Origin: an uncultured Actinomycetes bacterium
Lineage (GTDB): Bacteria > Actinomycetota > Acidimicrobiia > IMCC26256 > PALSA-610
Length of the DNA stretch: 64,000 nucleotides
Direction: 5' to 3'
Assembly: GCA_963782465.1 (NCBI GenBank)
Contig: CAWAJR010000007.1
Span: 279,558 to 343,557, forward strand
In this document: piece after piece, positions 38,229 through 46,119 of the stretch
Numbering within the stretch: the first letter of the stretch is position 1
How the letters are laid out: the number at the start of each line of letters is the position of its first letter
Notes under the pieces: model-generated
The model's database searches: none
Told to the model about the DNA's origin: nothing
Seen by the model: only the letters and a program-made list of their open reading frames with translations
Made by a program: the position numbers and the translations under genes

Positions 38229-38654
38229 CTAAGTGAGGAGTTTGGCGAAGTCGAAGGTGCGCCAGTGCTCGGGGGTGAGGTGCACGGTGACGGTCTGGGG
38301 CGTGTTCGGGTTCGCGTCGTTGTAGAGCTTGCCGATCTCGGGGCCGAGGTAGCGGGTCGCGAGTTCGAGCGAGTCGTGCGAAGCGAGTTCGATGCGCACC
38401 GGGCCCTCGACGCTCACGTACTTGTACGGGGGCGTCTCGTCCTGCACGGTGACCGTGGCGCGGCCGGTGTGTTCCAGCAGGTCGGCCTTGAGCGAGTCGG
38501 CGTCCATACCGAACACGAACTCGCCGTTTTCCCAGAGGTACCAGATCGGGATCGCGAGCGGCCCACGACCGGGTTCGTCGATGGCGAGGACCGCGACCCG
38601 CACGTCGGCGACGAACGATTCGCGTTCCGCCCGGCTCATGCTGCCCTTCGCCAT
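38229..38654 (-). CDS. pyridoxamine 5'-phosphate oxidase family protein
   Basis: ATG follows GGGAGGG. VRVAVLAIDEPGRGPLAIPIWYLWENGEFVF ... ATVTVQDETPPYKYVSVEGP is PPOX-like. Only the last 141 codons of the 414-aa track ORF look real. Confidence 0.75.
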   Translation of the reverse strand: MAKGSMSRAERESFVADVRVAVLAIDEPGRGPLAIPIWYLWENGEFVFGMDADSLKADLLEHTGRATVTVQDETPPYKYVSVEGPVRIELASHDSLELATRYLGPEIGKLYNDANPNTPQTVTVHLTPEHWRTFDFAKLLT

Positions 38655-38710
38655 GCGTCCCTCCCGAGGTAGCCCGGCCGCGACGCTACGCCGCCTAGCC
38701 TTGCCGCCTC

Positions 38711-38786
38711 GGGCGTTTAGCTCAGTTGGAAGAGCATCGGCCTTACAAGCCGAAGGTCGCGGGATCGAGACCCGCAGCGCCCACCA
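38711..38786 (+). tRNA. tRNA-Val (anticodon TAC), CCA encoded
   Basis: Folded by hand. Acceptor GGGCGTT/AGCGCCC, D arm GCTC-AGTTGGAA-GAGC, anticodon arm TCGGC-CTTACAA-GCCGA, variable AGGTC, T arm GCGGG-ATCGAGA-CCCGC, then A-CCA. The T loop starts with A instead of the usual T. Confidence 0.85.
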
Positions 38787-39096
38787 GATCGTCGGCGACG
38801 AGGCGGCCACCGGTCGAAAGGGTGACGACCGTGCACGCGGGCTCGTCGGCCGACGACACTCGGATGAGCAGCCCGCGGCGTGCGAGCCGGTCGACGAAGG
38901 CGGCGACCGTGGCTCGGTTCTGCGACAGCGATTCCGCGAGCACTTCGATCGGCTGTGGCCCGGACGCCAGCACGAGGGCGAGGAGGCGATGTTCGGAAGT
39001 GGTGAGGTTCGATACCACCGGGGGCCACGTCGCTGATCGTCGATCGGCGCCGGCCTCGCCGGTTCGGAGTTCAGATGGTGGTCGATTGTCGGGCAT
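38743..39096 (-). CDS. short MarR-like winged-helix protein; 3' end overlaps tRNA-Val
   Basis: LTTSEHRLLALVLASGPQPIEVLAESLSQNRATVAAFVDRLARRGLLIRV ... TLSTGGR is a MarR-type wHTH. The C-terminal helix seems short. The last 44 nt lie inside the tRNA gene. The start (ATG 39096 or GTG 39018) is uncertain. Confidence 0.5.
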   Translation of the reverse strand: MPDNRPPSELRTGEAGADRRSATWPPVVSNLTTSEHRLLALVLASGPQPIEVLAESLSQNRATVAAFVDRLARRGLLIRVSSADEPACTVVTLSTGGRLVADDLVGAAGLDPATFGL

Positions 39097-39529
39097 GCAG
39101 GCTCGCGGTGTGGAGTGGGACGACGACGAGGGGGATGTCGACGCGGTGCTCGAGCCGGCGTTCGAGGCTGCCGAGCACCATGTCGTGCAGCGCGTTGTGA
39201 CGCGCGCCACCGATGACGATCAGGTCGGCGCGAAATCTGCGGGCGGCGGCCGCAAGCTCGTGGGCGGGATCGCCGCGGACGACTTCGAGTTCGGCCGACA
39301 CGCCGCGGTCGCGCAGATGCCCGATCACGTCGCGCGAGTAGGCGCGCCGTAACCCTCTGAGGTAGGTGTCGGAGTTCGCTTGCACGCTCGACACCATCAG
39401 CAGCCCGACGCGCGGTTCCACGTGCACGACGAGCACTTCGATCGGTACGTCGGCCGCGAAACGTTCGATCCACTCGACGAGTGAAGCGGCGTCAGCCCGA
39501 GTTTCACATCCTGCGACTATTCGTTTCAT
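39071..39529 (-). CDS. universal stress protein (UspA family)
   Basis: MKRIVAGCE ... ADLIVIGGARHNALHDMVLGSLERRLEHRVDIPLVVVP. Confidence 0.8.
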   Translation of the reverse strand: MKRIVAGCETRADAASLVEWIERFAADVPIEVLVVHVEPRVGLLMVSSVQANSDTYLRGLRRAYSRDVIGHLRDRGVSAELEVVRGDPAHELAAAARRFRADLIVIGGARHNALHDMVLGSLERRLEHRVDIPLVVVPLHTASLHARQSTTI

Positions 39530-39557
39530 ACGTCTTCCTCAATGAGAGCGAGGTGAG

Positions 39558-40076
39558 TCATGTGGTCCAGCCGAGCTTCCATGCGTGATCCGGTAGTTCG
39601 CCCGCGGCGTCCGCGAAGGTTGCGAACGCTTGCACGATGCGTCGTTGGACGCTGGCTTCGAGCTGGCCGAGGATTCGCCTGATTTCCTTGCGCCGGCGGG
39701 TGCTGACGGTGCGAACGAGCCCCTGACCGTCGGCGCTGAGCCTGACCGTGACTTCGCGGCGGCTTTCGACCGAAGTCGTCCGTTCGATCAGGCCTTTCGC
39801 GATCAGGCGATCGCACAATCGGGTTGCCGTCGAGGGATGGATCTCGAGGACCTCGGCCAGGCTCCCGACGTTCTGTTCGCCGTTGGCGGCGAGGACGACA
39901 AGGGCGCGGTACTGGCGGAGGGTGATTTCCGACTCGACGGCCGCAAGCGAACGGGCCGCGACCCCGACGAGCGCGCGCGACACGACGAGTACGTGGTCGG
40001 TCGCTTCGTCGAGCAGCGCCTCTCGTTGGGAGTTCTTCTCTCGAGTCGACGCCCGAGTCGTAGCTGAGTTCGACAT
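39558..40076 (-). CDS. MarR family transcriptional regulator
   Basis: ITLRQYRALVVLAANGEQNVGSLAEVLEIHPSTATRLCDRLIAKGLIERTTSVESRREVTVRLSADG. I prefer ATG 40076 to the track start at 40109. Confidence 0.85.
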   Translation of the reverse strand: MSNSATTRASTREKNSQREALLDEATDHVLVVSRALVGVAARSLAAVESEITLRQYRALVVLAANGEQNVGSLAEVLEIHPSTATRLCDRLIAKGLIERTTSVESRREVTVRLSADGQGLVRTVSTRRRKEIRRILGQLEASVQRRIVQAFATFADAAGELPDHAWKLGWTT

Positions 40077-40082
40077 ATGTGT

Positions 40083-40088
40083 AGTGTA
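40083..40088 (-). promoter_or_regulatory. candidate -10 (TACACT) for a leaderless MarR transcript
   Basis: On the minus strand, TACACT ends 6 nt before the ATG at 40076 and no SD is present. It sits in the most A/T-rich intergenic stretch of the window. Confidence 0.35.
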
Positions 40089-40168
40089 GCAAACGTTGTT
40101 GATAGGCACGGGTCAATGGGGTAATCGGCAAATGTCTGTCCCTCTTGAGGTCATGGAAAGGAAGACTT

Positions 40169-41646
40169 GTGAAAGCCGTACCGCGCCTGCTCCACCCCGT
40201 TGCTGTGCGTACGTTCGAGGACTACATCGCCGAGGGTGGCGGCGGAGGTTTGCGAGCCGCGGAGTTGCTCGGTCCCGACGGTGTGATGGACGAGCTCGAG
40301 GCGTCGCGGCTGCGGGGCCGCGGTGGTGCCGGCTTCCCGACCGCGCGCAAATGGCGCACAGTGCAGGCCTACGCGTCGAGCGACGTTCGGACCTCGGTCG
40401 TGGTGAACGCCGCCGAAGGCGAGCCCGGCACGTTCAAAGATCGCACCATTCTTCGCAATGATCCCTACCAGGTGATCGAGGGCGCGCTCATCGCGGCCCG
40501 CACCCTCGACGCCGACCACGTGATCATTGGTACGAAGCGGGCATTCAAGCGAGAGGTCGCGCTGCTGGAACACGCGATCGAAGATGTCCGCCGGGCCGGT
40601 TGGGCCGACGGCGTGCGTATCGAAGTCTTCCAGGGCCCGAAGGAATACCTCTACGGCGAGGAGACGGCACTGCTCGAGACCGTCGACGGTCGCTACCCGT
40701 TCCCGCGGATCGCGCCCCCTACCGGCGGGGCGTACGGGAAGTCGTCACGACCGAAACCGCGGTGACGTCCGGGAGCGGCTACTCGGCTCGCGTCGTCATG
40801 GCCGGGCCCGACGAGGACCTCGAGGCGCCGCCGACGCTCGTCGACAACGTCGAGACGCTCGCGAACGTCACCTGGATCCTCGCCAAGGGCGCGGGCTGGT
40901 TCAGGGGCGCCGGAACCCCGGAGTCGGCGGGCACCATCGTCTGCACGGTGACCGGATCGACCCGCCGCCACGGCGTGGCCGAAGTGCCGTTCGGTACCCC
41001 GCTGCGCGAAGTGATCGAGCAGATCGGCGGCGGCGCCCGAACCGGGCGCCGTCTCACCGCGGTGCTCCCGGGGGTTTCGAACGCGTTCGTGCCGGCGCGC
41101 CTGTTCGACACGCCGGTGACCTACGAAGCGTTCAAGGCCATCGGTAGCGGCCTCGGATCGGCCGGCTTCATCGTGTTCGACGACCGAGACGACCTCGTGG
41201 CCGCGGCCGCCGGCGCATCACGGTTCCTCGCGGTCGAGTCGTGCGGGCAGTGCGTGCCGTGCAAGCTCGACGGCCTGCGGATCGCGGACCTGCTCGGAAA
41301 GTTGTGCCGGAACGAGCTGAGCGTGCACGAGTTCGGTGTGCTGCGCCGCAAGGTGACGACTGTCGCCGACAGCGCTCGTTGCGCGCTCGCCACGCAACAG
41401 CAGACCCTCATCTCGAGCATGCTCGCGCTGTACGCGGGCGAGACCGAGGCGCACATCAAGAAGGAGGCCCGGCCCGTCGAGCCCGCGTTGGTCGCCGAGC
41501 TCATCGACATCCGCCGTGGTGCCGCGGTCGTCGACGAACACCACGCGGCGAAGCAGCCCGACTGGAGTTTCAACGCGGTGCCGTCGGGCAAGGCGCCGGC
41601 GGCACGCTTCGGCGAACACCGCGACCCGCAGCTGCTCGACGAGTAA
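40169..41646 (+). pseudogene. NuoF-like NADH-binding flavoprotein with a C-terminal 4Fe-4S region, frameshifted as assembled
   Basis: RGRGGAGFPTARKW ... VVNAAEGEPGTFKDR ... YLYGEETALLETVDG ... PRIAPP, then after the frame change YRRG ... PTLVDNVETLANV ... ESCGQCVPCKLDG. The junction lies in a run of five C at 40715-40719 (one C missing). GTG 40169 follows GGAAAGGAAG. Confidence 0.8.
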
Positions 41647-41708
41647 GGCCGGGGCGCGGCCGGCGGCGGGAGTCGATTCCCACCCACCGGAAGTGCGAAG
41701 GTAGCGAC

Positions 41709-43457
41709 GTGCCGGTCGTCGACGTGGTGGAGGAGTTGCGAGGCTACGGCGCCGGGCGCGGCGAGTTCGTCGCGCTGGCGCTCGCGCCCGACGCTGGTGT
41801 CGCGATGGCGACGGGCGCGGGCACCGTCGTCGTCCCGGGCACCCACGGCGAAAGCGCCGGCACGGTGCAGCGAGCGGAGGAGGTGCTGCGCCCGCGCTGG
41901 GTGATCTGGTCGAGCGCGACGGTGGCGCCGCTCGTCGCCGCGGGCACGCGCGTCGCAACCGCGTGGGACCTCGCGGCCGCGCACCGCTTGCTCTTCGGCG
42001 GGTGGCAAGCCGGGCCCGATCGCATCTGGGCGCAGTTGCACGAGCTTCCCCTCGACGGGCTCCCGACAACGCGACCGCTCGATCTCTTCAGCGCGGGAGT
42101 GACCGGGGACGACACGCCCGACGAACCCGTGCGCAGCGACGGGTACCTGCGAGCCGACTGGGCGGCGGGTGCGTGGGCGACGAGCATGGAGCGCGCCGGT
42201 CGTTGGGCGGCCCTGGCGCTGCCCATCGCCGAAGCGCAGCAGGCGAGACTGGCCGCGCTGGCGGCCGGCCCGAGAGCGGTCGCGACGGCGCGGATCGAAT
42301 CGGCAGCCGAACTCCTGGGCGCCGAGCTTTCCTTCGACGGTTTGCCGATGAACCGCGCCGTCGCCGAATCGCTCATCGCGTCGTTCGTCGGCCCGCGCCC
42401 GCGATCAGAAGCCGAAGCCGCCGACCAGCGCGCGCGGCGCGACGTCGCGGTGCTGCAACACGCGCCGGCCGGCAGCGAATGCGATCTCCGCAGCTCCGCA
42501 CAGGTGAGGTCGTTGTTGCATCGCGTGGGTATCGACGTGCCCGACACGCGTGCCTTTCGCTTGAAACCGCTGCGCGACGCGCATCCGCTCGTCGGAGCCC
42601 TCCTCGACTGGCGCCGCGCCGAACGCGTCGCGACGACCTACGGTTACTCGTGGCTCGACGAGCACGTCGACGCCGATGGTCGGTTGCGCGGCGAATGGTC
42701 GGCTTCCGACGGCGCCGCCGGCCGGATGACCGCGTCGGCTGGATTGCACAACCTGCCGGCCGACATGCGCGACGCGGTGCAAGCCGAAGCCGGCCACGTA
42801 TTCGTACGCGCCGACCTCGGCCAGATCGAACCTCGCGTCCTCGCGGCGGTCTCGAACGATCGGGCACTGGCCGTGGCGACCCGGCAAGACGACATGTACG
42901 CGCCGGTCGCGCAAGAACTCGGCGTCGATCGTGCCACCGCGAAGGTCGCGGTACTCGGCGCGATGTACGGCCAGACGACCGGCCACGGCGCGCAGGCCCT
43001 GCGCGGTCTCGATGCCGCATACCCCGTCGCGATGGAATACCTGCGAGAAGCCGATCGCGCCGCGCAGGCCGGTCGCCCGCTCCGCACCTTCGGCGGGCGC
43101 CTGATCGCGCTGGGCCCGATCGACGCCGGCGACGACGTCAGCGAACGTGACGCGCGGGCGCGTGCCGCGGCTCGCGGCCGGTACGGGCGCAACGCGATGG
43201 TGCAAGGAGCCGCGGCCGAACTGTTCAAGACCTGGGCGGTCACCGTTCGGGCGCGCAGCGCGCCGTTCGCCGCGCGAATCGTGTTGTGCCTGCACGACGA
43301 ACTGCTCGTGCACGCCGCGGTGGCCCACGCCGACGCAGTCGCGCGATTGCTCGACGACGGGTTGCAAGAGGCGGCGTACCGGTTTGTTCCGGAAAGCTCG
43401 GTCCGTTTCGTCGCCGAGGTCAGCGTCGTCGACCGGTGGTCCGACGCCAAAGCGTGA
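41709..43457 (+). CDS. family-A DNA polymerase-like protein with an N-terminal 3'-5' exonuclease-like region (no 5' nuclease domain)
   Basis: The C-terminal half carries PolA-type motifs (RADLGQIEPRVLAAVS; AKVAVLGAMYGQT; YGRNAMVQGAAAELFK; LCLHDELLVH). GTG 41709 follows GAAGG. The upstream part of the track ORF overlaps the NuoF-like gene. Confidence 0.75.
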   Translation: MPVVDVVEELRGYGAGRGEFVALALAPDAGVAMATGAGTVVVPGTHGESAGTVQRAEEVLRPRWVIWSSATVAPLVAAGTRVATAWDLAAAHRLLFGGWQAGPDRIWAQLHELPLDGLPTTRPLDLFSAGVTGDDTPDEPVRSDGYLRADWAAGAWATSMERAGRWAALALPIAEAQQARLAALAAGPRAVATARIESAAELLGAELSFDGLPMNRAVAESLIASFVGPRPRSEAEAADQRARRDVAVLQHAPAGSECDLRSSAQVRSLLHRVGIDVPDTRAFRLKPLRDAHPLVGALLDWRRAERVATTYGYSWLDEHVDADGRLRGEWSASDGAAGRMTASAGLHNLPADMRDAVQAEAGHVFVRADLGQIEPRVLAAVSNDRALAVATRQDDMYAPVAQELGVDRATAKVAVLGAMYGQTTGHGAQALRGLDAAYPVAMEYLREADRAAQAGRPLRTFGGRLIALGPIDAGDDVSERDARARAAARGRYGRNAMVQGAAAELFKTWAVTVRARSAPFAARIVLCLHDELLVHAAVAHADAVARLLDDGLQEAAYRFVPESSVRFVAEVSVVDRWSDAKA

Positions 43458-43511
43458 CCCCTGTTTGCAGCGCTGAGCGCGCTTCGCGGCCGCCGTGGCT
43501 GCAAACCGGGG
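43458..43511. terminator. long-loop hairpin immediately after the polymerase stop
   Basis: CCCCTGTTTGCAGC-26 nt-GCTGCAAACCGGGG pairs 13 of 14 positions. There is no U tract. Confidence 0.5.
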
Positions 43512-43642
43512 TTCGGGGGCGGCGTTGCGTTAAGAGACCCTCAAGTCTCGGTGTGACCTCGGTACCCGGCCTCACTCGGTCGCGAATGCGTGCCGAAGAC
43601 GGAGGACCGGCAGTTGCCGGGTTCCGTTGAAGGGAAGAGGAC

Positions 43643-43810
43643 ATGAGTATCTCAGGCGTCGGCGCAGCCAACTATGTGTCGCAGGTCCATCCACAACACG
43701 TCGCGCGCACCGCGCCTCGCCAGAGCACGCCCGCGGTGGCGGCCGCCGGCCGCGATGCCGACGGCGACAACGACGGAAGCAAGGGCGGGACGGTCGACAT
43801 CCGCGCGTAG
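43643..43810 (+). CDS. small ORF (55 aa)
   Basis: ATG follows the purine-rich GAAGGGAAGAGGA. Product is MSISGVGAANYVSQVHPQHVARTAPRQSTPAVAAAGRDADGDNDGSKGGTVDIRA. It is below the ORF-track cutoff and I recognise no family. Confidence 0.4.
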   Translation: MSISGVGAANYVSQVHPQHVARTAPRQSTPAVAAAGRDADGDNDGSKGGTVDIRA

Positions 43811-43815
43811 CGCGG

Positions 43816-44352
<537 letters not shown>

Positions 44353-44415
44353 CGGCCAGCAGGCGCGAGAGGGAGTACGGGCCGAGGAATTCGGGTTCGC
44401 CGGGCGCGACCAGGG

Positions 44416-45570
44416 CTACTCGGGTGGCGGTGCTTCGGTGATGGGGACGCGGTAGTAGTCGAACGTGGTCGCCACCACGGCTGCGGTCGGCACCGCGACG
44501 AACGCGCCGACGATGCCGCCGAGCACACCGCCGACTGCGAGCGCCAGCAGTACCGCGACGGGGTGGAGCTTCACCGCGCGGCCCAGCACCAACGGCCCGA
44601 CCAGGTACCCCTCGACGTTGTGGATCAGGATCGTGATCGCGATGACGATGATCGCGACGACGGGGCCCTTCGCGACGAGCGCGATCAATGCCGCGAGCAC
44701 ACCGACCGCGATCGCACCGACGATCGGGAAGAACCCGCCGAAGAAGGTGAGCACGCCGATCGGCACCGCCAGCGGGACACGCAGGATCACCAGGCCGAGT
44801 GTCATCAGTAACCCGTTCACGAGCCCGTTCATCGCAGTGCCCCGGATGTAACCGCTCAGCGTTGCCCAGGTGCGCCGCCCGAGTTCGCGCGCGTCGTCGT
44901 GACGGGCTGGTGGGACGAGACGCAGGAAGGATCCCGCGAGACGTTCACCGTCTTTCACGAAGAAGAACGTGAGCACGAGGCTGAGCAGCACGCCGGTGAC
45001 GATCTCGCCCACCAGCGGCGCCTCGCGAACCGCGACGCCGCCGGCGTTGGTCTTGAACGAGTCGCCGAAGTTCTTGAAGTCTTTCTTGACGTCTTTGCGT
45101 GACAGGTGGAACGGGCCGGTCACCAGCCAGTTCTGCACCCGGTCGACGCCGCTGGTCGTCGAGTTCTGCAACGCCTTCGAGTCGTGCGCGACGTTGGGCG
45201 CGAGCGTGGCGCCGATCACGCCGAGCACGAGGATGGCGAGCAGGAAGACGGTCCAGGTCGCGAGGGCGGGGGGCCAGCCGCGTTGGCGCAACCAACGCGA
45301 CGGCGGGATGAGGACGGTCGAGATGAACAGGGCGACGACGACCGGTACGACCACCACGAGAATGCGGCTGAGCGCGGCGCCGACGAACAGGATCGCCGCC
45401 GCGACGACGAGCAACCGCCATCCGATCTGCGCGGCGCGGTCGAGCCAGCCCGGTACGGCCGCAACCTCACGGTCGGGGTCGGCCCGGCGGACCGGATCAA
45501 CCCGGCGGCCTCGGCGCCGAGGACCAATGTCACCGCTCGCGGATTCGATGCCAGGTCCTCCCGCTTGCAC
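44416..45570 (-). CDS. AI-2E family transporter (PerM/YhhT-like)
   Basis: Eight hydrophobic segments, with FFFVKDGERL ... LSGYIRGTAMNGLVNGLLMTLGL ... FFGGFFPIVGAI ... HNVEGYLVGPLVLGRAVKLHP. The exact start is uncertain. Confidence 0.85.
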   Translation of the reverse strand: MQAGGPGIESASGDIGPRRRGRRVDPVRRADPDREVAAVPGWLDRAAQIGWRLLVVAAAILFVGAALSRILVVVVPVVVALFISTVLIPPSRWLRQRGWPPALATWTVFLLAILVLGVIGATLAPNVAHDSKALQNSTTSGVDRVQNWLVTGPFHLSRKDVKKDFKNFGDSFKTNAGGVAVREAPLVGEIVTGVLLSLVLTFFFVKDGERLAGSFLRLVPPARHDDARELGRRTWATLSGYIRGTAMNGLVNGLLMTLGLVILRVPLAVPIGVLTFFGGFFPIVGAIAVGVLAALIALVAKGPVVAIIVIAITILIHNVEGYLVGPLVLGRAVKLHPVAVLLALAVGGVLGGIVGAFVAVPTAAVVATTFDYYRVPITEAPPPE

Positions 45571-45635
45571 GCATGCTGCGCCGGTACGCGGAGCGCCCGG
45601 GCGTCGATCCTATTGCCGGTGGGCGGGCAACGAGG

Positions 45636-45665
45636 GGAGCATCGAGGATCGATCCTCGATGCTCC
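45636..45665. promoter_or_regulatory. 30-bp perfect palindrome in a divergent intergenic region
   Basis: GGAGCATCGAGGATC|GATCCTCGATGCTCC has no spacer. It lies between the AI-2E transporter start and the DUF3024 start. Confidence 0.9.
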
Positions 45666-45726
45666 GGGCTCGGCGACGGCGAGGCCGCCCCGGCGATGAC
45701 GGGACGGGGGAGGCGGACGACCTACG

Positions 45727-46089
45727 GTGGCGCTCATGCCGAGCCGGCCGTCTGCACTGCCCGAGATCGCCGTCGCCACCGTTCGTCGTTACTGCGAGGC
45801 GAAGGTTCCGGCGCGCTACCGAGACGAGCTGCGCGTCGAATACCACACGCGCGGCAAGCACATCACCATCTACGAGTGCCGCCCGCCGTGGAAACCCGAC
45901 CTCGGGCCCGACTGGACGCGCCAGCCCGTCGCGCAACTCCGTTACGACCCGAGTGATCACCACTGGCGGCTCTACTGCGCCGACCGCAACGGCCGCTGGC
46001 GTTTCTACGAACCGGCGAAGCCGACACCTCGCCTCGACGAACTCATTGCCGAGATCGACGCAGACCGCACTGGCATCTTCTGGGGTTGA
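45727..46089 (+). CDS. DUF3024 domain-containing protein
   Basis: VRRYCEAKVPARYRDELRVEY ... ITIYECRPPW ... WTRQPVAQLRYDPSDHHWRLYCADRNGRWRFY matches the DUF3024 pattern. Confidence 0.75.
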   Translation: MALMPSRPSALPEIAVATVRRYCEAKVPARYRDELRVEYHTRGKHITIYECRPPWKPDLGPDWTRQPVAQLRYDPSDHHWRLYCADRNGRWRFYEPAKPTPRLDELIAEIDADRTGIFWG

Positions 46090-46119
46090 GCCACGGCCAA
46101 GACGGCGCCGGCCCGACGT

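Noticed and set aside
38229-40109. Possible genomic island integrated at tRNA-Val
   Set aside because: There are no integrase, recombinase or phage genes. I found no direct repeat of the tRNA 3' end in the window. The neighbouring genes (USP, MarR) are ordinary chromosomal types.
40096-40461. ATG-initiated ORF (MERKTCESRTAPAPPRCCAYVRGL...) overlapping the start of the NuoF-like gene
   Set aside because: It is out of frame relative to clear NuoF-family sequence. The GTG at 40169 with the GGAAAGGAAG SD gives the conserved N-terminus.
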